From positions 1-64,000 of the forward strand of contig JASMDC010000020.1 in assembly GCA_030753015.1 (NCBI GenBank): a stretch of 64,000 nucleotides of DNA, written 5' to 3'. The notes beneath the pieces are model-generated. The model was not told the origin of the DNA. It did no database searches and saw only the letters and a list, made by a program, of their open reading frames with translations. This document shows, in pieces, positions 1-8,381 of this stretch. The stretch's first letter is position 1. Every line of letters begins with the position of its first letter. Both the position numbers and the translations under genes were made by a program. Origin of the DNA: Candidatus Undinarchaeales archaeon (GTDB taxonomy: Archaea > SpSt-1190 > JASMDC01).

Positions 1-262
1 GGTGCTTGAGGGCGATGATGAGTACGAACAGGGCCACCAGTGCTCCAACAAGCCCCAGCGGACCTACACCCCCCTGACCACCACCGGTAGCTCCACCAGC
101 AGCTCCGCCGGCACCCCCTCCCTGGCCGTATGCTCCCTGCTGGCCGTAGGCGTCGTACTGCTGCTGACCGTAGGCGCCATACTGGCCATAGCCCTGTTGG
201 GCGTAGTTACCGTACTGACCGCCGTACTGGCCACCGTACTGCAGCACGAAGGTGGGTATCAT
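1..262 (-). CDS. 5' part of a membrane protein with an N-terminal Gly/Gln/Tyr low-complexity domain (runs off the left edge)
   Basis: Not in the ORF track. Manual translation from ATG 262 gives MIPTFVLQYGGQYGGQYGNYAQQGYGQYGAYGQQQYDAYGQQGAYGQGGGAGGAAGGATGGGQGGVGPLGLVGALVALFVLIIALKH..., open to the edge. A TATA-like TTTTAA lies on the minus strand at about 288-293, ~26 nt upstream. Confidence 0.75.
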   Translation of the reverse strand, partial: MIPTFVLQYGGQYGGQYGNYAQQGYGQYGAYGQQQYDAYGQQGAYGQGGGAGGAAGGATGGGQGGVGPLGLVGALVALFVLIIALKH

Positions 263-339
263 CCGTCTTGGTCTTGACCATCATCAGTTAAAAGGATTTT
301 GGGACCGCCGCCAGCCCCACCGCAGAAAAGGATATAAGC

Positions 340-1635
340 GTGGCTCGGGCAACTTTCAGAGTGACGGTGCGGTCCCGCGGCAACCTGAACCTCGAATTCG
401 TGGTCAGCCTCCTTCTCTTCGCCATGATATTCAGCATCACCATCATGCAGTACACTCAATCGGTGAACCGCTTTCTGGCCTTCTCCTACGAGGAGAGTCT
501 TCGGGTCGCTGCACAGCAGCTTATATGGCAGCTCACGAACGATGCCGGCTGCGACGAGGCTTGCGACTGTATCGCCGATAAGAACTGCGATCACTGGGGG
601 AAGAATAATTACCTCCGCATCGGATTCGCCGACGCCGATGAACCGGTCCTGAGCGTACAGAAGTTGCACGAGTTCTCCGGCCTGTACGACGAGGCCATCA
701 AGTCGGTACGCAACTACACAAAGATGGTCCGCGCCATGAACATGCCTAACAAGACCTTCCACATGCGCATAGAGCGCGTACCCACCCTATCGATCAATGC
801 CATCGCAGGCTCTCCCCAGGACGGTTACCTCCATTGCTACTCCTACATGCCCATTTGCGCGAACATCAACAAGACGCGGTCCAACATAACTGCCATCTTC
901 TACGTCAACCGGAGCGATGTCGATCTCAACTGTATACCCTTCGTTCTAAAGGAAGGTCGATCCGTGGTCCAGCTGGAGCCGAAGCGAGAAACCCGCAGGC
1001 TCTGCGAGGTGGAGTACACCTTTGAGGATTACGATGCACCGGGGACCTACACTGTTCTAGCGTTGCTTAACTCGACCGAGTCCATGGGCTATCGGGCTAT
1101 CGACGTGAACGTCATCGGGGATGAGCCTGCCCGCACGTCCGCGCTGTACCCGCCTCTCGTCAACTGCTCGATCTATCCCATACGAGGGAACACTTGCAGC
1201 ATCAATCTCGAGCTCACCGCTCCCTCTGATTTACGGGGCATCCGCATCAAGCCCCGGGTGCACACGGTCACGCGACCGGAGGGGGATCCAGAGACGAGTG
1301 CGGTCAACAGGTACCAGGCTGACATCGAGCTCACTCCCGACCACTTCGCCTACCTCCGCAAGGGGGATATGGCCGTCTTTTCGACCACCTTCTTCATGAA
1401 CGAACCGGGTATCTACCAAGGCAACTTCACGATCATCGCTCGGGACGAGGAGGGTAACCAGATCACACCGTACGTGGCACCGTTCCAGGTGAGCGTAGAG
1501 GGGTCGTTCCTCATCATCGAACGCGGCGTCCCGCCACCCAGGCGAACGGCGTCGGCCAGTGTCGAACGCTACATCACGATTAAATATCCATCCGGGGAGA
1601 AGGCTATTGCGCGAATGACACTGGTCGTTTGGTGA
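340..1635 (+). CDS. Pilin-like exported protein with class III (type IV pilin-like) signal peptide
   Basis: N-terminus RSRG|NLNLEFVVSLLLFAMIFSITI (basic residue-Gly, Glu at +5, hydrophobic stretch); beta-rich Ig-like middle; C-terminal ...RMTLVVW. Likely start is GTG 361, ~25 nt after TATAAG at 333-338. Confidence 0.7.
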   Translation: MARATFRVTVRSRGNLNLEFVVSLLLFAMIFSITIMQYTQSVNRFLAFSYEESLRVAAQQLIWQLTNDAGCDEACDCIADKNCDHWGKNNYLRIGFADADEPVLSVQKLHEFSGLYDEAIKSVRNYTKMVRAMNMPNKTFHMRIERVPTLSINAIAGSPQDGYLHCYSYMPICANINKTRSNITAIFYVNRSDVDLNCIPFVLKEGRSVVQLEPKRETRRLCEVEYTFEDYDAPGTYTVLALLNSTESMGYRAIDVNVIGDEPARTSALYPPLVNCSIYPIRGNTCSINLELTAPSDLRGIRIKPRVHTVTRPEGDPETSAVNRYQADIELTPDHFAYLRKGDMAVFSTTFFMNEPGIYQGNFTIIARDEEGNQITPYVAPFQVSVEGSFLIIERGVPPPRRTASASVERYITIKYPSGEKAIARMTLVVW

Positions 1636-1668
1636 GATTGTCATGATAACTACGAGGGACAACGTCTG

Positions 1669-2670
1669 ATGGCATCGAAGCGTGCCGGCTCGAAAAGAAC
1701 GAAGCGCAAGGACCGCTCCTCATCGGTTCTGAAGAAGAAGAAGACGTCAAAGGTACCTGAAAGCTCACCAGAAAAAGAAACGGATCGGTCCACCGTCGAC
1801 ACAGGGCTCGTTCCAGCGGACCGGCGGGACGCAGTCGAGCTCTTGCTCGTCCTCCTTCTCCTCGTCTACGTCTTCACGCAGATGGCGACCTCGTTCATCG
1901 CTCCAAGCCCACCTATGCTGCAGGTGCTGGCGGTCTCGGTCGTGCTCGGTGCCGGTGTGTGCATCGTCATCCGCAAGGAAGATGTCGTCGGCCACTACCT
2001 GCTCACATTCATCCTCCTCTTCTTCATCTTCACTGAGATCCCTGGACTCAACTCCCTGTTCGCAACGGGTTTTGTGACCCTCTTGGTGTTCGTCTGGACG
2101 GAGTTCATCGATCCAGAGGAGCACATCAGCGAAACTAGCATGTGCCTTGTGTATGCCATCGTGCTCGCCAAGGCCATCCTTTTCGTGCTCCACGCCACGC
2201 TCGCCACGAGCACACCTATCGTGGCAGTCGTATCGAACAGCATGAAGCATGATAATACCAACGAGGAGTATGCCGCATGGGTGAAGGAGAACGGTTTCCC
2301 CATCTCCAACGGATTCACGGGTGGTGATGTGCTCCTCGTCGTGGGTACCAAAGCAGAGGGCATCCGCGTGGGGGACGTCATCGTGTACTATCACAGCCGC
2401 GTCCCGATGCCCATCGTGCACCGGGCCGTGGGCGTCGCCTGCACCAACAAGGACGAGAGCCCCTGCACGAAGGTGCGGGCCCTCGCCACTCGCGGGGACC
2501 ATAATGCGGGACCTGACCGGTGGGCGGTGACCCCCGACATGCTTGAGGGGAGAGCTGTGTTACGCATCCCCAAGCTCGGGCTTATAAAAGCAGCACCAGT
2601 ATGCCTGCTCAAGTCCAGTTGCAGTGTCATTGCCTGCATAATGGAGGGCGAGTGTAAAGGAAGGTTGTGA
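1669..2670 (+). CDS. sec11: Signal peptidase I, archaeal Sec11/S26B type, with extra N-terminal TM helices
   Basis: Catalytic Ser in VAVVSNSM, GDVIVY, PIVHRAV (His), TRGDHN..D; Lys-rich N-tail and several TM segments. Confidence 0.85.
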   Translation: MASKRAGSKRTKRKDRSSSVLKKKKTSKVPESSPEKETDRSTVDTGLVPADRRDAVELLLVLLLLVYVFTQMATSFIAPSPPMLQVLAVSVVLGAGVCIVIRKEDVVGHYLLTFILLFFIFTEIPGLNSLFATGFVTLLVFVWTEFIDPEEHISETSMCLVYAIVLAKAILFVLHATLATSTPIVAVVSNSMKHDNTNEEYAAWVKENGFPISNGFTGGDVLLVVGTKAEGIRVGDVIVYYHSRVPMPIVHRAVGVACTNKDESPCTKVRALATRGDHNAGPDRWAVTPDMLEGRAVLRIPKLGLIKAAPVCLLKSSCSVIACIMEGECKGRL

Positions 2671-2685
2671 AAGGAGAGAACGATC

Positions 2686-3033
2686 ATGGATTTCTGTAAG
2701 GACTGTAGCGGCATGATGCTGCCTAAAAGACTGGAGGATGGAACGGTCGTGATGGAGTGTACCAAGTGCGGCGCCACCGTCGCCTCCGACAAGAAGGACT
2801 TCACGATCCAGACGAAGAAGAAGACGAAGAAGAAGGTGTCGAAGAAGGAGACCATCGCGGTCATCGATGAGGAAGAGGCTATGAAGAACATGGCCAGCAT
2901 CGAGGCCGAATGCCCGAAATGCGATAACAAACGCGCGCTCTGGTGGCTCGTCCAGACACGCGGTGTGGACGAACCTTCGACGCGGTTCTTCCGCTGTACC
3001 AAGTGCCGGCATACTTGGCGCGAGTACGCATAA
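2686..3033 (+). CDS. tfs: Transcription factor S (TFS / RpoM-like)
   Basis: Two Zn ribbons (CKDC..CTKC; CPKC..CTKC) and the QTRGVDEP acidic hairpin followed by FFRCTKCRHTWREY. Confidence 0.95.
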   Translation: MDFCKDCSGMMLPKRLEDGTVVMECTKCGATVASDKKDFTIQTKKKTKKKVSKKETIAVIDEEEAMKNMASIEAECPKCDNKRALWWLVQTRGVDEPSTRFFRCTKCRHTWREYA

Positions 3034-3046
3034 ACGGTCGACTACC

Positions 3047-3403
3047 TTGGCGAGCCCCAATCGGGACCACCTCGTGTGGCTCGCGCTGGTGCTCTCCGCC
3101 TACCCGCTCATCTCCCCCCTCCCATCGAACCTCGTGAGGTTCGCTATCGGAACCGCTCTCCTCATCTGGTTGATGCGGGACGCGGCTCGGTTCGTCGGTA
3201 TCGATACTCGCCCGGAGGGGATATCCCCTCTCCACATCCTAGCGCTACTGTGGCTCGCTCTCTACTGGATGGCGTTCTCGGCCCTCAACACCCTCTTCAA
3301 GGGTAGGATGGGCGCGCGCGAATGGAGTGTGCTCCTTCTCCTTCTCGGGATGTTCGTGATGCTTATGCGCGAAGCGGACCGGGTCTATCGGGCCCGGCTC
3401 TAG
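3047..3403 (+). CDS. Small integral membrane protein (~4 TM), unknown function
   Basis: Hydrophobic ORF directly after tfs; TTG 3047 chosen as start to avoid overlap. Confidence 0.6.
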   Translation: MASPNRDHLVWLALVLSAYPLISPLPSNLVRFAIGTALLIWLMRDAARFVGIDTRPEGISPLHILALLWLALYWMAFSALNTLFKGRMGAREWSVLLLLLGMFVMLMREADRVYRARL

Positions 3404-3524
3404 CAAACGGGATACCCATATAAATGATAGGAGACTCTCCCTCTATATCGGGAAGAGATACGAAGGTCTCCAGAAAGACCTTAACAAGCTTATCGACGGC
3501 TTAGCGAAGCACGACGACGAGGCG

Positions 3525-4019
3525 ATGCGTGACCTCTCGAGCAAGCTAGTCCGCGAAGCGTCCCGCATCCATGACCAGGACCTGATCAGTCTCACGATCA
3601 TCAGCTACAGCCTCTCAAAGATCCTACAGAAACGGTATTACCGCGAGGGACGGCGTTGGCCGTCATTCCTCGGGCGAGTGATGGACAATCTCGCCCGTGC
3701 GTCCGAGAGACTGCAGAGCGGCGACATCAAGGGTATGCGCGAATCCTTCAGGACCGTGTTCAACGCCATGGTGGAACTGGACGCCGAGGTGGGCCACCAC
3801 GTCAACTGGGTGATCGAGAAGGCCAAGATCAAGAAGGCGAGCACACTCTACGCTATCGGCTTCTCCATCGGTATGAGCGCCACGCTCACCGGCGCGAGCA
3901 TGTGGGAGGTCATGGACTACGCGGGTAAGACCAAAATCGTGGACGAGGAGAAGGTCACCCGTTCCGTATCGTCCAGACTTGAACTGGCCCGAAAGGTGTT
4001 CCGTGTGGAGGAACGATGA
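3525..4019 (+). CDS. Helical hypothetical protein, translationally coupled to the PIN gene
   Basis: 164-aa ORF with ATGA overlap into the PIN gene. The frame stays open upstream (YEGLQKDLNKLIDGLAKHDDEA), so the true start may be near 3447. Confidence 0.7.
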   Translation: MRDLSSKLVREASRIHDQDLISLTIISYSLSKILQKRYYREGRRWPSFLGRVMDNLARASERLQSGDIKGMRESFRTVFNAMVELDAEVGHHVNWVIEKAKIKKASTLYAIGFSIGMSATLTGASMWEVMDYAGKTKIVDEEKVTRSVSSRLELARKVFRVEER

Positions 4020-4759
4020 CGGACATCGTATGCGACGCTTCGAGCATCATCTCTCTCGCCACAAATTGCTTATTGTGGCTCCTCCCCTCGCTCCGCGAGC
4101 GGATGGGAGGGAACTTCATCATCCCGCCGTCAGTACGCCGTGAGCTCATCGACAAGCCCCTCAAGTCCACGCGATACCGGTTCGAGGCCATCCGCGTGGT
4201 GAGGGCCCTGGAGCAGGGAGACATAGTCATCCCAGAAGATCCCGAGCTGAAGACACGCGTGGCCGTGGACGCCGAGCAGCTGCTCTCCTGGGGAAACTCA
4301 ATCTTCGCAATCGGCAGGCCCCGAAAGGGAAGGAGCGGGCGGTATGCCAAGATCTTCCACCTCGGCGAGGCTGAGGCCGTGGCCATGACACGCCACATGG
4401 ATACCAACGTGCTTCTCATCGACGAGAAGACCACAAGGTTCCTCATCGAGGACCCGCTGGAGCTGGAGCGTATCATCGAACGGCGGACAAAGGCGAAGGT
4501 GTTCGTCAACGAACACTCCCTTCAGCAGTTCTTGGACTTTACCAAGAACGTCCAGATCATCCGGTCGGCCGAGGTGGCACTGGCCGCTTATGAGGCAGGA
4601 CTGTTCCGCGCCTTCCGCTCCGACGGGATCGACCAGGAACGGAATATCGTGTCCGGTGTGCTCCACGCCATCCGCAACTCCGGGTGTGCCATTGGTAGCA
4701 GTGAGATCGACGACTATGTGTCGCTCGAGTTCGGAGAGGTGCGTGCTGATGAGGAGTAG
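4016..4759 (+). CDS. PIN-domain protein (putative ribonuclease)
   Basis: IVCDASSII, PPSVRREL, HLGEAEAVA and LLIDE supply the four acidic PIN positions. Confidence 0.85.
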   Translation: MTDIVCDASSIISLATNCLLWLLPSLRERMGGNFIIPPSVRRELIDKPLKSTRYRFEAIRVVRALEQGDIVIPEDPELKTRVAVDAEQLLSWGNSIFAIGRPRKGRSGRYAKIFHLGEAEAVAMTRHMDTNVLLIDEKTTRFLIEDPLELERIIERRTKAKVFVNEHSLQQFLDFTKNVQIIRSAEVALAAYEAGLFRAFRSDGIDQERNIVSGVLHAIRNSGCAIGSSEIDDYVSLEFGEVRADEE

Positions 4760-7700
4760 GTGCTCCCTGATCCACGACGAGCGTGGATTCGTGCACTCAG
4801 TGGAAGCCGTACTGGCAATCATGCTCCTTCTCTTCTATACATCGCGGATGCTGGACACGCCGCTGCGTGTGCAAGAGGATAAGAAGCGGGCGCAGCTCGA
4901 CGAACTGAGGGAACAGATCGTCGGTGTGCTCGCAGGATTGGACAGGCGTGGTCTACTGGGTGATATGGTGTTCAGCGCTGATTATGCAAGCCTTGACACG
5001 ACTCTCCAGGGGATTTTCCCTGAACGTGAGAGCTTCACAGCGTCCGTCACCTACATGGTGCCCATGACCGTCACGGAGACATCAGGCCTGCCACGTCGGC
5101 GTGATCCGGTCGAGGTATCGGTGGACGTCCCGTTGGCCACGGATATCCGATCGTTCGTGCTCAGGGACGAGGCGGGGAAGGTTCTAGCACCTCTCCAGAC
5201 CAGCCGACCCTGGATGCGCATCCCTCTAACCCTCACCTGGCATCATCTCTGGCACCGGGACGTGAGCCTTCCCATCTCCCAGTGCACCGCTGACCAGACC
5301 GACTTCTACGATGACATCGCAAAGGGCCTCAACTGCCGCGATCCCATGGTGGAGCTCCCGCCCGCCGACATCAACGACGACGGGTTCCTGGACTACCCGG
5401 ACCGCAACTCGTTAGCGCTCTATATGGAGGACTGGTTCGATACACGCTGGTCCTTCCGTATCAAGCTCCGCTCCCGTGGGAAGGATGCAAGCAAGGTGAG
5501 CGATAACGCCCGCATCACCATCAAACTCCATGAGCTCATCGACCATGCGGGGATGACCTGCAAGAAGGGCATCGACCTGAACTCGTTCATCGTCACGGAC
5601 CGATTGGGCGATCCCGTGGACCACTCCGTGTCCATATCTGGTGGCTGCACGTGCGACACATGCACGATCATCGTTGACTGGAAACTGGGCACGGCCGTGG
5701 ACCATGAGACCTTACTCACCCACTGGCTCTACTTCAACACGCTCGACGCCGAGTTCCCTGCCGCGGACTGTCCGAGCTTCACAGCGCACTTCCAGAAGGC
5801 CGACTCAGGCTCGGGCAAGTGCATCATTGAGGACTGGACGACCAATCCGCCCAACAACGGGGACGAGGACCTCACGCCACGTAAGAGCGTCGGGGCCATT
5901 ACGGTCAACGGAAAGGTGGAGACCACCCATTCACAGATCCAGTTGCCACGTGACGCCGATTACGTAGAGATACCGTTCACCCTGGCCGCATGGCGTGACG
6001 CCGAGACGTACATGGAGTCGAGGGCACGCACCGGCATCTCGATCATCAGGTTCCAGCCCGTGCGCCTTGAGCGGGCATGGCGGTTCAGGTGGCATATCCG
6101 CGCGGAGCGCGTGAACCGGTCGGTCGAGTTCCGCGGGTTCGTCTCCGGTGCACCAGGCACATGCCGCGGCTACAAGTGCATTACACTGGAGCCCATCGGC
6201 GGTGGTGACCGCCCCGATCAGAGCAAGTTGGACGACACCTACTACTTCAACAAGGACATCTACGAGGTCGCGGAGGGGAGTTTCTACATCTGCACGTCCA
6301 CCATGGTGGGCGATGAGGTCCACGAGATCAATGACATCTACGACCTCTTCGAACTGAACGTGACGATCCGCGACGAGGTCGTCGATTCCGCCGATCGCGT
6401 GTGGCGCAACGCGATGCCCAATGCGTTCATCACAATCTACAAACCCCAGAGCCGGGATGACGAAGGCGGACCGCGGTGCGCTTCGGACAACTCTGCGAGC
6501 TCGACATGGGACAGCCCGCTCTTCAATGATGACGCGTCATCCCTCATCTCATTGGAGTCAGGGCTCACCCTCGACCAGATGACAACCCTGGGCATCGTCC
6601 GGGGGGACTCGTCCTCATCCTCCACCTCGGCCGGTGTCACGACAGAGGCTATCGACTCGGTAAAGACGGGCATTGCTATCGCGCCCTACCCCTCGTCCTA
6701 TGCCAGCATTCTTCCAAAGATACCGTTCATCAGTTCTGCCGGTAACTACCGGCTCCGCCGGAAGTTCTATCTCTACTACGCTATGAACTCGGTGACCTTG
6801 CCCAAGGATGCGGTCGCCACCGGTACTGTGGTGGATCCCTCCTGGTACACTCTTGACACATCCGCGCCGGAGCATGCTCCCCGTGTACAGGTCACCTGGC
6901 GGGACAATTTCCGACCCCGACAGGTCAAGGAGTTCTATCTCTCCTATTCAGTGGGCACCGATGAGTCCGATCAGGGATACGAAACCGACCTTGAGGTCAC
7001 CGTGGACAAGCAGTGCTACGATTGCCTTTCGCTCCGCTGCTTAACCTATGAGGACTGCAAGGACTACACCGACGGGGACGGTGACAACATCATCGACGAG
7101 GACTTCCTCACTACGGTCACCGCTCTGAACAACACCCCTATCGACATCCACCTGGGCCCCTGTAGTACCGAGACACCCTCCGAGGATTGCGATGTCCTAT
7201 GGGTCGCCCACGAGAACATGAACATCACACGTCACGTATTCTCCAACGCCGGGGATCGTACTGCGGTCGTCGATGAGACTGGACCCGTGTTCACATCGGT
7301 GCGCATGACGACGAACAGCTCATCGATGAAATCACGTGACATCATCAGGATCTACCATGACACACCCTATATCCTTTACTCGAAGTACTTCATCCCGCTC
7401 AAGGACGGCGACCTCCCCTCCATCGCTGGCTCCATCGCCATCCCAATCTATAACTTCACTGCCTTGAAGGCGAACGACTCTCCCGTGTTCGACGTGGACG
7501 AAGTGGACTTCTCGACCCATAACAAATGGTTCGCTAACTGGGGTTATCCGTGCGGGAACATCGGGGTATGCACAGTCACCTACGCGATCCTCTCCGAGAA
7601 CGCCAAGAAGGCGACCTTCTCTCAGGACCGCTGGCACGACGAGTTCACGGACACTTCAGGGATTACGATCGCCGCTGCCGGCACTACCAACAATCTTGCC

Positions 7701-8381
7701 GCCACCGACGGCGTCATGGGCCTCACCGCCGATGCCTCGGAGAGCACGGGCGAGGATGTGCTCCTGATGTTCGACCTGTCGCACCAGTTCTCAACCGCAG
7801 GATCGCAGCTCATTATCAGGACCAAGCGTGCCTACACCGCTTACGGTGGCCGCTCGAGTCTCCAGTTGGGGATGCTGCCCGACGGCACCGGCCGATACAC
7901 TGTGGCCCGGTGGGGCGACACCGATATCTCCGAATGGACCACTCTGACCTACGACCTGGAAGAATTGTGGGGAGAGAAGCCGTTCAAGCACGTGTTCCTC
8001 ACCATCGAGGACCAGGACACCGTGTCGACGGGTACTCGCTCGCTGTACGTCGACTCCATCCGTGTGGAGGGTAGCGGTGGCACGAACATCACGATCGTAC
8101 CTACCTCCGATTCTCCCAAGGCGTTCGAGGCGTACCCGTTCCTCGGTAGCGTTCGGGTGTTCAAGGAGGATTTCAGGGAGAGTGATGACTTCTTCCGCCG
8201 ACGTGCTGCACCGTTCATCGTGGAGATGGAGCGACCGGTGACAATGGACGGTGGGACACCCTTCCCGTCCCGCGACAACAATCCATCCACAACGACAGCA
8301 ACTGCCACCTATGCAGTGACCTCCAACAACCGCAGGATCGGATTCGCCTGGGTCAAGCTGGCGGTATGGTCGTACATGTGA
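4749..8381 (+). CDS. Giant pilin-like surface protein 1 (class III signal peptide, DUF2341-like repeats, Ca-binding-like loops)
   Basis: Start ATG 4749 after GGAGAGGT. DERG|FVHSVEAVLAIMLLLFY; DINDDGFLDYPD; WFDTRWSFRIK; FYLYY/FYLSY; DGDGDNIIDE; C-terminal WVKLAVW. Paralog of the next gene. Confidence 0.8.
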   Translation: MRSRCSLIHDERGFVHSVEAVLAIMLLLFYTSRMLDTPLRVQEDKKRAQLDELREQIVGVLAGLDRRGLLGDMVFSADYASLDTTLQGIFPERESFTASVTYMVPMTVTETSGLPRRRDPVEVSVDVPLATDIRSFVLRDEAGKVLAPLQTSRPWMRIPLTLTWHHLWHRDVSLPISQCTADQTDFYDDIAKGLNCRDPMVELPPADINDDGFLDYPDRNSLALYMEDWFDTRWSFRIKLRSRGKDASKVSDNARITIKLHELIDHAGMTCKKGIDLNSFIVTDRLGDPVDHSVSISGGCTCDTCTIIVDWKLGTAVDHETLLTHWLYFNTLDAEFPAADCPSFTAHFQKADSGSGKCIIEDWTTNPPNNGDEDLTPRKSVGAITVNGKVETTHSQIQLPRDADYVEIPFTLAAWRDAETYMESRARTGISIIRFQPVRLERAWRFRWHIRAERVNRSVEFRGFVSGAPGTCRGYKCITLEPIGGGDRPDQSKLDDTYYFNKDIYEVAEGSFYICTSTMVGDEVHEINDIYDLFELNVTIRDEVVDSADRVWRNAMPNAFITIYKPQSRDDEGGPRCASDNSASSTWDSPLFNDDASSLISLESGLTLDQMTTLGIVRGDSSSSSTSAGVTTEAIDSVKTGIAIAPYPSSYASILPKIPFISSAGNYRLRRKFYLYYAMNSVTLPKDAVATGTVVDPSWYTLDTSAPEHAPRVQVTWRDNFRPRQVKEFYLSYSVGTDESDQGYETDLEVTVDKQCYDCLSLRCLTYEDCKDYTDGDGDNIIDEDFLTTVTALNNTPIDIHLGPCSTETPSEDCDVLWVAHENMNITRHVFSNAGDRTAVVDETGPVFTSVRMTTNSSSMKSRDIIRIYHDTPYILYSKYFIPLKDGDLPSIAGSIAIPIYNFTALKANDSPVFDVDEVDFSTHNKWFANWGYPCGNIGVCTVTYAILSENAKKATFSQDRWHDEFTDTSGITIAAAGTTNNLAATDGVMGLTADASESTGEDVLLMFDLSHQFSTAGSQLIIRTKRAYTAYGGRSSLQLGMLPDGTGRYTVARWGDTDISEWTTLTYDLEELWGEKPFKHVFLTIEDQDTVSTGTRSLYVDSIRVEGSGGTNITIVPTSDSPKAFEAYPFLGSVRVFKEDFRESDDFFRRRAAPFIVEMERPVTMDGGTPFPSRDNNPSTTTATATYAVTSNNRRIGFAWVKLAVWSYM

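Noticed and set aside
2-277. Plus-strand 91-aa hydrophobic ORF (LAVGVVLLLTVGAILAIALL...)
   Set aside because: Antisense shadow of the Gly/Gln/Tyr gene; the minus frame has a start codon, a TATA box and a coherent architecture.
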